From Lama glama (lineage: Eukaryota), in contig CM052818.1 in NCBI GenBank assembly GCA_028534125.1, positions 40,054,001 through 40,118,000 of the forward strand: a stretch of 64,000 nucleotides of DNA. Reading direction: 5' to 3'. The translations under genes and the position numbers were made by a program. Every line of letters begins with the position of its first letter. The stretch's first letter is position 1. This document shows positions 48,593 through 62,790 of this stretch, piece after piece. The notes under the pieces were generated by a model. The model had not been told where the DNA came from. It made no database searches and was given only the letters and a program-made list of their open reading frames with translations.

Positions 48593-51500
48593 ATCTAATT
48601 TCATCTTCTCAACAATTCTAAGGAAGTGGTTACTATTCACACACTACAGATCTGTAAACTGAAACACAAAGCAGTTAAAATGCTGACTTAGGACTTGATC
48701 AGAACTCACGAATTTAAATGCTATAATTTTCTTTTCCTTACAGGGGTAAACTGAAGAGGAAGAGGGTAAATTATATCACAGACAGCGTGAAAAACAAAAC
48801 TCCAAACCATTACCTGCCCTGTTATCTTGTCCCTGATGCAAGAGAAAGGCTCTGGCCATAGAGGGGCAGAATATGACACTGTCTTAACCTCTGAGGATTT
48901 AGTTCCCATAGCTTTTCCTCTGAATTGAGGCTCCTCAAACTCAAAGTCATAAACTCCCAGGGGTCTCAGGATTCCTCCTGTTACTAGTCACCAGGCCTGG
49001 CTTTGAGTAGAGAAGATAGTGTACAAAACCCGACTCGCAAAGGAAAAAAAAGATGAGTCACTGTAATGTGATGATTTCCATTGGTGCAGCTGGGGAGAGA
49101 CATGGCTTCTGCCAACATCCACTGAGGTCTCTTTGTGCCAACCCCTCAGAATAGAAACCCCTGAGAAAAACCAGGGGGCATCTCTCAGAAACACAAGAAG
49201 TCTGCCCAGGGTTTAGTTACATGTAAAGATTATACACTGAGCATCTAGGCTTCTGTTGATTTTGCCCCTGTGCTGAATTTTCACCACATCGTCCCTCTTT
49301 CTACCTCCTGAGTCACTCAGAAGCCAGCAATGCTCTTCAAGAGCTGTCTCTTAGGAGCTCCTTCTATTCTAGAGAAATAAAGCGCCACAAGTACAAAATT
49401 CATATTTTGGCAAGGAGCTTCATTTACCAGCCTTTATCTTCCCACAGATTTCATTTTATTTAAATAGTACCTTCCTGGTGAATTGGGACCATGTAGACCC
49501 ACCAAAGGCAAAACCCCAGGCAGAAAGGAGGACTTTGCGAGCTTGTTTGCTATTCCAAGTGACATTTCCTTAGATGTTTGCTGCCCTGCTGTGCAAACAT
49601 AGTTACGCATGAAATAAAGTAAAAACAAAAAAAATTAAACAGCAGTTAGTGGTTGGATGTTATTTCCAGTTTGGAACCACTGACGAGGCTGCTATAGAAA
49701 ACTCTTCCCTCTGTTATTACAAAATAACAGTCTGTGGATGGTGAAAAGAAAACACAACTGAATTTTCTTTTAACTTCAAATACAGAAGCTAGTGCATCTA
49801 TCATTACCACCACATTACAATACATTATGGGAGAAGGTCATCGTAACTTTAGAGGGGTTATTTCCATCCACGTCTCTCATCCTCTCAAAATTGTTATACA
49901 GGGACCAGGACGATGCCAAATGCTCTGCTAAAGAAAACACGCCAAGTTGAAGTGAGTGAGTTAGAGAGAATGAAACAGAACCAAAAGGTCAATGCATTGG
50001 GACCCAACATCAAAGCGGCAGGTTTGATCACAATGCACCCAGATAGAGCAGCATCAAGAACAGCCCCATTATCCTCGTTCACTTTTGCCTTCATGTCAAC
50101 TTCTCCTTTTCCATAAAGACTATTCTGTATCCAAAGCCCACAAATGTGGTCCTTGTCAATATCCATGGAGTCAATCTAGGAACAAAAAGAATTCTCCCAC
50201 CTCTTTCCTTCATAGAATTTTGTCATTACTTACCTGATACTAATAATGATGATGATGATAAAAACAACAACAGCTATAAAATAGTTAATAAATACATGTT
50301 GAAGATTTACTACATGCCACATGATATTCTTATTTAAATCTCAAAAAAATCCTCTGAGGTGGTGATTAAAGACTTGCTTTGTATATTAGTTATGTGTTCA
50401 ACTCAGGTGTCTTCATATGGGACCATCTGAGCTTATTCAATCACCATACTCCTCAGTCCCTAGTTAGTCCCAACTTGATACATGTGGTACAACTGTCCAT
50501 AGGAGAGCCAGATATTCCAGAATACTTGGAGATATGGTGACCATGTCTACGCCAAATAACTAATAAAGATTATACCAGAACAATAAGTATACCTAAGCAA
50601 AAGAAATGCCAGTACATCAAAATGCTGCCCAAGTTTACCTTCTGACTTGGCCAATCATCTTCAATGGAAATGCAAGTAAACTAACATTTTCAAATGAGTG
50701 TATCGTCATAGTTTGTACTTCATTTACAATGTGGCTCTTAGTTAAAGGATACATGAATAATTATTGCACTGAGTGAGGGACATGCTTTAAAGAGCTCTTT
50801 AGTGTAACATTTATCTCCATTAAATATTTCTTAACAGTTGCAAGACATGACCTTGAATCAGCCACCCAAAGCTGGCATTGCTCTTAAATGGGGATACTCC
50901 ACATCATGGCTCTCAGCAGTTCACAGCCATTAAACTTGACATCATCATTTAGAAAATTTCTTAGATTTTTTTGGTTTTTAGATAGAAAACTAAAAATAAC
51001 TCTTTTTCTTTTCTCCTCTCTAAAATGAACTGAAAACAAAAAACTAAGGAGAACATGAAATAGAAAAGGAGTATGCTATCTTTGATGAGTCTATGGGACA
51101 CTTACAATTTCAAACTCTAATATAAAAAGAAGGGCTCTTGAGAGAAATGAAATGAGAGTGACGGTGAGAGACAACACCAAGAAAAGGCACCTGTCTTCAA
51201 AGATCTTAGGCCAGAATCAGATGAGTACAGTACCTCTTTGTTTTGGGTGACACAAGAAGTATGTGTAGAATCACAGTATGAGACTCTCTGAACACAGTTT
51301 GCCTCTATGGAATGGTAGGCAAACCAAGGTTGAAGAGCAAATGATCACTACCTTTGAAGAAATGGATGATGGCAGAGAAAGAATGAAAGTCAAAGAGCCC
51401 TGAAACTTAAAATAAGATTACATCACCCCCCTTTCTCTTTCTCATACACACACAAAAATTCACTCATTCATATTCTCACACACCTTCATCACATAGCATC

Positions 51501-51749
51501 ATGTATTTTTATGGTGAGCAAAAGAGATTTTTTGCTCTCCTGGCTCTTATTTTTACCTACAGGGCAAAGTGTTGATGAGCAAGTTTTTGTAGACAGACTC
51601 TCAAATTCCCTATTTTTTGGCTACTTAACTTGCTTCCAACCATAGCGTCCTCCCATTGGTCCCATGTCCACAAAATCCATTCAAAAATGTCTTTTTCAGG
51701 AAAGAAATCCTTTCACTCAAATACAACAAAAACAATAAGACTATTACTA

Positions 51750-52480
51750 CCACTACTCATGGTATTAGTAGCAAGAAACAGAAAATGGTAAGAAAAATTT
51801 TTAAATCTATGCAACTTTTTTTGTTAAAAAAATGAGAAATTGAACAATACAAAGAAGGCAGATGAAGAACCACACCAGAAAAAGTATAGTGTAAAGCAGC
51901 AGAAGGTTTTACCAAACACTGCCCACAACATTAGAGAATGTGAAGGCAATGTGACCTTTAATGAGGGAAACCCAATTCGGGGCAAGAGAGAATCAATGAA
52001 TAAATGCTTAGAATACCAACATGGCAAAACTCAGGAGAGAAGTGTAAGGGTGAATAGAAACCATCAGAGGGAAACAGGAAAAGACAAACACTACTGAAAA
52101 ATTAGGAATAAGAAAAGTAGGCTTGACAACCCCGAACAAAAGGACACATTTGTAAAGAGCTTAAAGGATTAATGGGAGGATGATGGAAGCGGAATACATA
52201 TGAAAGAGTACCAATATATGTATAATTGGTGTCCCTGAAGCAAAGTACAGAACAAATGCAACAGGAATAAAATATTCAAATATAAACTTTAGGAAAGCTT
52301 TTCTGAAATTTAGAAATATTTTAATCTTCATATTTGACAGGCATTTCATGTTTCAGGAGAAAAATAATATAGATCAATCAAAATAAATATATATGTTTAT
52401 ATGTTAAAAGACTTAGAGTATATAAAAATAATTCTGGAGATATGTTTGATGAAATAATCAATCTATAAATTGACAAAAAT
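51750..52480 (+). mobile_element. Old L1/HAL1 ORF1-region remnant
   Basis: accaatatatgtataattggtgtccctgaagcaaag...aaaatattcaaa...gaaagcttttctgaaattt resembles L1 ORF1 (NI.IIGVPE). Confidence 0.65.
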
Positions 52481-52484
52481 GAAT

Positions 52485-52840
52485 ATTTGGCATTCATTTG
52501 GCCATCCAGATTCTGAATACCTTACTATATCTAGGCAACTCTTCCCCGAATTATCAGTCTTTGTAAAGTGCAGTGACCAACCCTAATTTGAATAATGAAA
52601 ATGGTAGGTATTCCCTTTCCCAGCCTTCTTGGTATTTGGGGCACAGGGCTGGGATTCACTAATCAGTCACAGTCATGTCATATTATGATAGAAGAGCTAG
52701 TAACGTCTGTAGGGAGAGGTGTTTATCCTTGGCATTGACAGCGAATGGTGGCTGGAAGGTCAAGTTTCTGGCACTGATGCTTGAATAAAGTCTAGGGGTA
52801 GCAGTGGTAAAAACTGTACTGTCTAGTGCTTGGTGGCAGC
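52485..52840 (+). mobile_element. ERVL LTR fragment (LTR33/LTR16-like)
   Basis: tttggccatccagattctgaatacc...cttttcccagccttcttg...ggcac..., followed by gtggcagca-type motifs. Confidence 0.45.
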
Positions 52841-52841
52841 A

Positions 52842-53700
52842 AGATACTGTGGTACTAGCTACTATAAAGATAAACAACTAGACCATTTGAACAGAATAGA
52901 GTCCAGAAATAGAATCACACATGTGTGAACAACTTATTTTTCACAAAAGTGGAAAAGCAATTCAGTTTAAAGGTGGTAGTCTCTTTTTTTAACAAATGGT
53001 GCTGGATTAATTGGCTATCTGTATACACAAAGCAAAGCAAATGAACTTCATTCAATTCATATTTTCCACCACATACAACAATTAACTTAAAATGGACTTT
53101 AAATCTATATGTAAAACCTAAAACTATAAAACTTCTGGTAGAAAACAGAAAAGAAAATCTTTATAACCTTGGATTTTACAGAGAGTTCCTAGATACAGCT
53201 GCAAAAGCATGGTCTATAAATGTAAAAATATGATAAACGTCACCAAAATTTTAAATGTCTGCTCTCTGAAAGACGAAGAATGAAATGATACACTGCAGAC
53301 TGGGAGAAACTATTTGCCTGTTGTATGTCCAATCAAAATTTATACCCAGAATATATGTTTAAAAGTTCTCAATATTAATAGTAAGAAAATAATAACTCAT
53401 TTTTTGGAAAATAAGCAGAAGATTTGAACAGATAAGATATATGAATACCAAATATGAAAATGAAAGGATTATTACCATCCTTAATCATTAGGTAAATGCT
53501 CACTGAAACCACAATGATATACCTTTACATGCCTATTACAATGGTCTCCATGTAAAGGACATAAAAATACACATTTTTAAACTAAATCATTTACAAAGAT
53601 ATTGATATAACCTCAGGGTAGGGAATGTGTTTTTAGCCAAACAGGAAACCAGAAACCATAAATGAAATCATGGTAGATTCTTTACATTCCATGAAATTTC
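52842..53700 (+). mobile_element. Ancient L1 ORF2 remnant
   Basis: gaacagaatagagtccagaaataga, aacaaatggtgctgga, aaaactataaaacttct, cagactgggagaaa. Confidence 0.88.
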
Positions 53701-53979
53701 TTTAAACAATGACACATTTTATTTGCTTCATATCTTTACCGTGATTCTTATATATATTTTACAAGGCATTGCTAATTACTTTTCTTTCATTCTTGCTGAG
53801 AAAAAATATATGACTGTTTTTGTCATGTAACTAGAATCTTCTTGCATATTTCATATATCAATTTAAAAGAATCTATTCTTTTTTTCTTGAAAAAAATTTT
53901 TTGCAGCCTACCAGCTTCGTATAGTAGGCCAGCTGTCATCATGGGATTGATTTTCATTGTACTTCTCAGCTAATTCCTA

Positions 53980-55050
53980 TGTATCTTGTATCTCATGTTT
54001 TCTATTTCTCACTCAATTTTTTTAAACTTTACTATTTGAATATATCATCTAGAAACTTCCTGAGACTAGTGCATGGGAAATTCTATAGATGTTTTTATTT
54101 TTTTCCTCATATATTCTCATCACTTAGCTGTGCATAAAATTCTAGATTCAAACTAATTTATTCTTAGAGGTTGGAAGGAAAACAATTTCATTGTCTTCAA
54201 GCATCCATTATTGATGATGAAAATTCTGATGCCAGTTTGATTTCCACCCTCTGATGTTACGAAATTTTGCCTTTTAAGGATTTCCTCTTGATTTTTTTGT
54301 GTTCTGAAACCCTGGAGAAAGAATGAAATAATTTAAGTGTATGCAAGTGCGCACGCGTGTGTGCGTGTGTGTGTTCATGTGTGTGTTTGTGTTACCTTGA
54401 GATCACTCGAATATTCCTTTTGAATTAAAAAAATCATTTTTTCTAAACCTATGGTAAATTTTTTTCTATCCTTTATTTATTTAAGTTCTTCTCCTTTTTT
54501 GCTCTTTCTAGAATTTTATTAAATGGCAATTCTTCTAGTACTTTCTGTAGCTTACTATTCTGTCATATTTATCTTTTTTATTCCTTTCTGGGAAATGTTA
54601 CCAAATTTTACTCCTAGCCCTTCTGTTGAACTTCAAATTTTGGCAAACAATTTTTAATTTCCAATAGGCCTGTCATGTGTTTTTTTACAACTTTTCTTTT
54701 TGTTATCATAGTCTATTCTTTTTTTATAGAGGCAACAATATCTTTCCGTATCTTACTAATATATGTGAATTTTTAGTTCACTTATATTCCATGAAATATC
54801 TCTTTGTTTATGTTTAGTTGTTCTGGACTTTAAAAATTTCATAGTGCTATTTATTTTTCTTATACTTCTGGTAAAATCTTGTTTATGCATTCTGTTTAGG
54901 CATGAAGGATATTGTGGACTTTTTTTAGGTAGTTGGAATAATGTTCTTCTTATAGACCTTCTTTTTGATGAGCTTGTTGGATATCTATGTCTGGTGTAGA
55001 AACTGTCAACTAGAGGGTTTTACTCTCAAGTCTGCTGGCAAAGTTGAGAT
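53980..55050 (-). mobile_element. Decayed L1M/HAL1-type element
   Basis: cattgtcttcaagcatcca...gatgaaaattctgatgccagtttgattt; T-rich antisense L1 pattern. Confidence 0.6.
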
Positions 55051-56344
55051 GGTCATTAGACTAGAAGTGATATAACCTTTAGAAGCCTTAGTCTTTCTCA
55101 AGAGGTAAACTGAATACTGTCAAAGGGGAACACTCTTTGTTTTTCCCTCTTTTGTTTGCCAGGCAACCTTTGTGTGCAGGTGGTCATGGTGAAGATGAGG
55201 AGATCCAACAGGGCCGGTGATCTCTAGACCACCTTTATTAGTTCCTCTGTTTGGGCTCCTATTTTGTACATGCTAATTCTAAGTGGACCCTCTCCTACAT
55301 TATTCCACAAAGATTGGATTTACCTCTTTCTGTGAGCTTACAAGCTAATGTGGAGAGGCAAAAAATACATAAGGTCAATACGCACTGTAAGTTCAGACAG
55401 TGATTACTACTATGAGAGAAATAAAGTAGGGTGATAATTACGAGGTGAGACAGTGAGAATTAGTGTATTTTTTGCCTTCAAAAATAAAGATTCATTTTCA
55501 GAGTAAATATTTGGAAAGGAAGAGCATGGAGAGTCTGAATTCTTTGCTTTTGTCAATGTTTCATATGTTTCCTACATTAGTGAGGATAGAAACCAAATGC
55601 AAGCAAGCTTCATTCTTTGAAATTCACTGATCTGAACAGTTGTTTTTGAGATAGGACTTGCAATAAAGTATATATTTGTCTAGAAATATATTTTATAGCA
55701 AATTAAAGTGATTTTATAATCACTATAAATGGTAGGTGGGGAGGAATGTACATTTAAACTTAATACAAAACCTTATTTTAAGTTCAGTTAGTACAAATCA
55801 TTGATGTCATTCTATAAAATAGGACACATGTATATGTATATATGTTTATCTCCAAAATCAGTTTCTGGCACAATGAGCTTTTTAAGATAATACAACTAAA
55901 ACTGCATTACTTTAAAAATATCCTGTAAAGCAGACTTCTTACCAAATTAGATTGACCTTTTCCTTTGTTAGTCCAAATCAGCGGGGTTTGACTAAATGCC
56001 TGGAAATAAATAGAAAGAACCAGATGTCTAGAAGTCAGAAAACTAGAAAATCCCTAAATTTTATATAATTTCTGGCTCCATTGTGAAGCCTCGAGGGGAG
56101 CAGAAATCTTACTTTAAGTATGTGAAGAAAGGGCCCGCTGAGAAGGGAGGGTTGTTTAGAAAAGGCAGGTGGAAAGATGACAGAGGGGTGGGAAAAGGCA
56201 AGGTTTCATATTAGAATACCAGTCTGCATGGAATCAACATATTACTCGGGTTATGATTATAAAGTATGTGCACTCCCCATTTCTTTCCTTTCGCATTATC
56301 TACTGCCACCTGACTCTTCTTTTCAGCTCTCACTGAGGCCTCCA

Positions 56345-56630
56345 GTGATGAATAAATGAATTCATGTTCCATGGAACATGATTTTCACAGGATATGCTAA
56401 GGTACTACAGGATACAAAGAGCTCTATGACCAATGAAGTTTGGGAAACTTTGCTAAATTGATCGTTTTTGTTTATTGCAAAATTTCTCAGAATCTTTGGG
56501 ATGCTAACACGAATTGTGAATATCTAAGGCAAGAATAGCATATGCACTGTTTCTCAAATGTATTTGGTCCTGGATATTTCGGCAGAACAGCTTTCTGTGA
56601 CTAGTATTCCAATGATGAATACTTTACGCT
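56345..56630 (+). mobile_element. hAT-Charlie element (MER103C-like)
   Basis: tgttccatggaaca...aagtttgggaaac...tctcagaatc...atgctaac...attgtgaat...tttctcaaatgtatttgg. Confidence 0.75.
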
Positions 56631-56752
56631 CTGTGTATTAAGCATTCAGCTATCAAAGAAGCTAAAGATCTGAGATTAAAACAGAAAATGAGCCCACATG
56701 GTAGGCAAAATCATGATCCATTTCATGGATTACTGCAACATTTCAATTAGGC

Positions 56753-57052
56753 CAGTGCTTCTCAAACTATCTGTGACAGAGGACCAGTGTTGCTTATTTT
56801 GGCTAAGTTACTAATTCACCTTGATTCAAACTTTTATAAAAGGCAACAAAAATGTATTATTCAGAAAAATGAGAAAACAGACTTAAAATATGACACTTTT
56901 TTTTCTTATTAGATTCAACAGATAAAAAATGACTCTGTTATATTGCTAGTGAAGTCTCAAAACTTAGACTCTCAATTTCTAGACTTCTGTCACTGCAAAC
57001 CAGTAACACAGCATTTTCTTACTGGCACCAGTTCACACTTTGAGTAGCCCTG
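56753..57052 (+). mobile_element. hAT-Charlie non-autonomous element with TIRs
   Basis: Imperfect TIRs cagtgcttctcaaa / tttgagtagccctg. Confidence 0.75.
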
Positions 57053-57540
57053 AGTTAACCTATGTGCATGTAAGCAGCACCTACATAAGCTGCTGTTCTA
57101 AGTGTAGATGAGATGGATTCTCTCAAGTTCCCTCTTCAGCGACAAGTATATGTGAATTGCAGCAATGATTTTGTAACATGATATATTTTTATCTGAAATT
57201 GGAACCAATAATGACCTCATGAGTTTGTCACAAAATAAAGTTTCTTTTTTTCCCACTTTCCTCGTTCCACACACGCACAGAGCACCACAAAGATATGTAA
57301 AAACTTCAGAGTCTGATGCAGGCTTTTTTCTCCTATCTGTTGCCCCAGTGACAAGATTCCCTTCTCTGGTCAATGCCATAGGTTATCCTGTCACCACTGA
57401 TTTCCAGGTCTCCAAATACCCGAGTGGGAATCAGTACTGGTGACATGATTTGGCCACCCTGAAAATAACTCTGTGCTAAATGTGAGCAGCTGGAGTTCAA
57501 AATTGCCATCAGATTTATTCCCCCCCAAACTGCTATTGTG

Positions 57541-57541
<1 letters not shown>

Positions 57542-57573
<32 letters not shown>
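57542..57573. repeat. (TG)n microsatellite
   Basis: Direct reading. Confidence 0.97.
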
Positions 57574-57575
<2 letters not shown>

Positions 57576-57914
57576 TGCATAGATGATCATGTGCATATGA
57601 ATGTTTATGAATGTCTTTTGGGAGAAAACTTTGCAGCTCTTAACCTTATTTCTTATAGACCTTTCCTCTCTCCTCTTCTCTTGTGAGTTCCTCTGCAAGA
57701 ACCTTTGGACGTTTCCCTGTTTCCTAATCAGAGATCTCGTGCCTCCAGTTCTCTTTCTTTCCAAATGCGAAAGCGCTTCTATATCTCTCAGGAGACATGA
57801 TCCAATATGTTATTCTGTCCTTTCTATTGAATGAGAACATCCATAGAGGGTGAGTCTTCACTTTTGTCCTCTACTGTACCACCTTCATACTCTACCTCCT
57901 GTTTCTATTTACCC

Positions 57915-58137
57915 TTTTTTAAAAAAAAATTATTGAGGTGCAGTTGATTTACAATGTTAGTATCAGGTGTACAAAAAAGTGATTTAGTTATACGTATACA
58001 TACAAACATATATTTTCTTTTCAGATTCTTTAACATGATATGTTATTACAAGAAACTGAATATAGTTCCCAGTGCTATACAGTAGGTCCTTGTTGTTTAT
58101 CTATTTTACATATGGTAGTGTGTGTCTGTTAATCTCT
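57915..58137 (-). mobile_element. Cetartiodactyl-type L1 3' end
   Basis: ttattgaggtgcagttgatttacaatgtt...tgaatatagttcccagtgctatacagtaggtccttgttgtttatctattt. Confidence 0.88.
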
Positions 58138-61100
58138 TAATTCAAATTATCTTTAGTTGCAGAACATCTGTGCTATATATAGAACCAAGAAAAGGCAGCA
58201 GATCTGCTAAGAGCTGTTTAACTAATGGCTTTTGGTGGAGAAATTTAGCCTCTATATGTCACTAAATGATAATTTAGGTTAAAGAACTAGAGGGAGTCAA
58301 GAGTTAGGAAGAGGCAATCTCTTATACTTTCTCACCTTTGATTAGCTCATGTTAATCTGGCAAGAAATTATCTGTTTATTAAAAAAAACCAACTTTTATC
58401 AGCACATAAAATCTTGATGCTCTGATTCCTAAAAGTAATATAAAATCATCTATTCCTATTTTTATTTGGATTCCTCATTTTGTACCCAATTACTATCAGA
58501 CATAAAAATGAATTAAACATCCTCAAGAGATCAGCCCACCTGCTGCTTTTTTCCATCACGAGAGGGTGTCATTTAATATTTTCAAAATAATATTGAAATG
58601 CGTCATCTCCAAAACTTGGCATTCCTACCTTGACTACTTATTTGCAGGGAGAAGGGACAGAAACAAATTGTCATCTATCAAATGCTGGGCTGAGGCACCC
58701 TTCTTCTACACAATTATGAGACATGGTCTGCTGTTCTTTGTTCATATTTCATGCCTCAACTCTTGAAAGCTGTAAATGCCATAAGCAGGTCACTGCAGTA
58801 AAATGACAATGGCAAAGAGGAGGTATTTCCTAAGGATGAAGGTGAGTGGTGGGTATACAGCTTATCAAGATAAAAACATTGCTAAGGTTTTTTGGTTTCT
58901 AGAAAAGCTAACAGATTTTCTTAAGCAAGAATACAGATATCTAGTTTACTGAGAACATAAAACCCTCAAGGAAAGAAGCTTTTTTTTTTTTCTTTTGCTC
59001 TACCAACTGCCTTCTTTGGAGGTCTTGTTGAGTTACACCCTACGGCCTCATTAGGATGCACAAAGCATTGTGAATCAAAGTCTCCTAAACTGTCTACAAC
59101 CTGGGGACCAAAGACTTTAGATTCACTGCCCATCCAATAAACCACGTACAACCTGTAAGTACAAAACAACATTTTACTGTCAACGAAAGTATACCAGTTC
59201 AACTTCTCTCAGTCATAATATGGCTGGTAGTCAGTCCTGCTTGCTCAGCAAAACATGGTAAATAAATGGGTCTGACCAGGTGTCCAATATTGTCTACATC
59301 TAAGTGTTTCCTGCTACCTGAATACAAAATGCCATAGCAACAAGGGATCAGAGAATGCTAAGATCTAGCCAAATCATATATTTTAAATAGAGGACACTCT
59401 GATCCTTGGGCCTTTTGTTAGCTACTGTATTTCATCCTCCAAAAAACAAATAAAAGACCTCTAGCAGTTCAATGGAAAAGAGATATTTAGCTTAGCCCAA
59501 ACATTTCCCAAGATACATTAATACATCTTACAATTCCAGTAAAATCAATGAACCCAGTGCTCCACACTTAAGGACAAGGTCCAAGAAGCCAGTTAGCACT
59601 TGAGTACTTGCACAATGACTAATACAACTTTGTATGTGTGTGCATGGACTAGGGTGGGTCAAATAATGGGGTTACCAGGTTGGCTTGTATATTCTCAGTG
59701 AACTGGGGCCAGCTACCCAGCAGTCTGACCAACTAATGTGCATCTCATTTAATGTAATAATATACATTAAGACCTGTCAGGCCCTATTGTGGGAAATGAA
59801 GAACTACACATTGTACCACTTCATATGGAATCCTGCATATGGAACCCTTTAAGGGTTCTTAAGAGACCCATTGGGGTTTCTAATTATTGTGAAACATCTC
59901 CTGGAATCCAGAGAGAGAAGGCTCTTGGCAGAACTGCTTCTGCCATTTCAAATGTTCACTGTGAAAATAATTAGATGATGAGATTTAGACAGAAACCGCT
60001 AACGAATATATTTTTTTAAAGTCTCCTTTGCTTTTTAATGTACAGAAAATGAAAATCTGAAATCGGTAAGCACAAAAGGAAAACAATATGGTGCAGTTCA
60101 TTCTGGGGGTGGGATTGAGGGGTTTCTTTTTTCTGACTTTAATGCTTGGCTTCCTGTGGTTACAAGTGGGGGGGATTTTTTTCATTTTTTGAACATTATA
60201 CAATCCTGTTGAAAATTGGACCAAGGGTTGTTTTTTTAAACTTCTGTTCTAACTTTCTAAATGCAAGCAAGCCTCCATTGTTCCTTCAGGATTATGTCTA
60301 TTTCTTTATAGGGAACCCTGACATTAGAGAAACTTGCTTTAATCAAGCTTTAAAGTTATCTCCCCCTCCACACCCCCGGCCAGAACCAGAGAAACCCCAT
60401 CCTCTGAAACTGTGAGCCAAGCTAGCATGTAACCAATTAGGAGCCATCACTTGTACCCAAGACACAGAACATATTTGTTCAATTAAAACAAACAAATGTG
60501 ATTAGTCGTTTACAAAGCCATGCTTAGAGAAAGATGGACATTTCAAAAGAAATGCTGGGTTAAGAAGGACATGGCGGCGATAAGAGTAAGTTGCATGAAA
60601 TCAGAAAGGTGAACTTAACAAATGGGGACACAGGAGTCAAACCTCATGCAAAGCAACCAGGATCTCTTTCTGAACACATCAAGGTCACACCCTGCTGCCT
60701 GGTACCCACAGACGTCATTCACATGCCTAAGACACTCCAGCTCTGAGATCTAATCCTTCTCTTATCCACCCACGACATCCTGATTCACAGAACAGAAGTC
60801 AAGGAAAAGCTGATATGACACCATTTTTCCTATTTCAAGCTAAACAAATCTGAGAACCTTTGTGTTTGCCGCACTATATAACAGGCTGAGGCAGCTCTCC
60901 ATTTATCCTGAGGTCTCTCAGCAATGGGCTGGGGAGTGGCTACCACTATGTCCCACCAACCCACACATATTCCCTCCAGTTGCTTCCAGTTCAAGATTGG
61001 TCATCAAGTACTGGGTGGACTCTCCCTGCTGTAACAGAATCAAAGCAGAACTCACCATGAGATTTGCTTGATGCAGCTGGGTCAAATGCCCTTTCTCCAT

Positions 61101-61644
61101 CTCTGTTTTTGATACTCAGTTAAAGACTAATGCAGTTCAGCTTTCCAAATCTGTCTTTTGGCTCTTTGTGGATTTCTACCAAGTCTGTAACCATCAACCA
61201 GTAAGACTTTTTTTTCTCAGAAGTCCAATAAGTCGTGTTTCAGGTGCCATATATAAGTCAGAACACAGGATATGCTACAATTTCTGCTGACGAGAAATTT
61301 ACTATTTCAGGGGGAGGAGGGTGATAAAGAAATGTTAATATTGATACCCATTTACTGAATGTCTACAATCTGCACACTGATTGCACAGCTCTTGAGAAAT
61401 TACAATATTCTCTCAGTTATATAAGTATTTACTCTTTGTACTACTGAAGTACCGTTTTGTCTTTTGTTTTTTGACACTCTAAACCTATGGAATATGTGAA
61501 AATTAAACATTCCAGCAAGGCTACCACCATTGTCCTTCCTGTTTCAGTCCCACCTGCCAATGCAGGACAATGCATCATAGTTTTTCTCATCCCGTGCTTC
61601 CTGAGCAGATGTCTTCAGACCTGCTGTTTCTGGTAGAATTTTCA

Positions 61645-62250
61645 GGATATCAACAAATACATATTAAACATTTATAATATGCTGGGCTCTGTTACAGGTA
61701 CTGGGCAAAGAGTGGTAAGCAAGATGGACAAAATCCTTATCTTCATGGAAATTATATTCTACTGGGGAAAATGAGACAAAAAGCTAAAAAGGTAGGTAGG
61801 TAGATAGACAGACAGACCGACAGATAGATAGATAGTGAGATGGCTGTAAGTGCTATAAGAAAAAAATGAGGCAGGAAAGAGATATAATGAGTGCATCAGA
61901 GTTCAAAAGTTCAATTTTAAATGTTTATTGAACATCTATTATATGCCACACGCTCTCCTAGGCATTGGTTATACAATATTGAACAACACAAAGAAAAATG
62001 AACAGAAATCTGAATTGTCAAAGAACTTATTTGTGTTCTAACAGAAGGAGACCAAAAATAGACAAATAAGTAAAATACTAGATGATAAAGAATGCCATGG
62101 GGAAAAAAGCAAGGTAAGGCAAGGACATGGGGAGTGGTGAGGCTGAGGCATCTTGGGTAGGTCTTACTAAGAAGGTGAAGTTTACAGAAATATTGAGAGG
62201 TAAGTTATGTGATATTTGGCAGAAGTAGACAAAGAGTGTCTTTTGATGGC
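61645..62250 (-). mobile_element. Two adjacent L2 3' fragments (~61645-61910 and ~61915-62250)
   Basis: Two successive reverse L2 tails: aacaaatacatattaaacatttataatatgctgggc and aaatgtttattgaacatctattatatgccacac. Confidence 0.75.
61791..61835. repeat. Compound (GGTA/GATA/GACA)n tetranucleotide repeat
   Basis: Direct reading. Confidence 0.9.
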
Positions 62251-62569
62251 TTCAGACATCAGCCTTGGAATGGGAGAGCGATGTCTGTTTTCTTCCTGTT
62301 GATACAGACCTTGTATGCTTGCATCAGGAGAAAAAAATGGTGGAATTAAGTATCTTCCTATCTTTTTCCATGTAGTCTTCTTTTCACAAGCCTACTGAAA
62401 TTTTTTGGTTTCTTTTTTCATTCCTTAATATCATAAATGCCTTACAATTAGTGGAAATTTCTTTCAGATTTTGACATTTTTGTCAATGTCTCTACATCTT
62501 TAATATTGTACATGTCTTTGCAGTATTTTGTTAGAAAGTCAGGAAAAAAAAACAGCAACAGGAGTTTCT

Positions 62570-62790
62570 CACCAAACAGTATATATTAAACCATGAGGCA
62601 TCTTATTTAATCCTGAAGACAACTCTGCAAGATTTTCACCATAAAATCCAATTTAATCAGTGAGGAAACTGAGAAGCAGAACTGCTAAATGAATCATCCA
62701 AGATTGGTCAAATGATTCCAGAGATTAACTTAGCAAATGCTGGTGTTTACCTGACAGCTAAGTCTATGTTTTCCTCTTTATCCCAAACTG
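62570..62790 (-). mobile_element. MIR SINE
   Basis: tcttatttaatcctgaagacaactctgcaag...tgaggaaactgag. Confidence 0.8.

Noticed and set aside
56362..56381. Perfect 20-bp palindrome
   Set aside because: Largely explained by the internal tgttccatggaaca palindrome of the MER103C-like element
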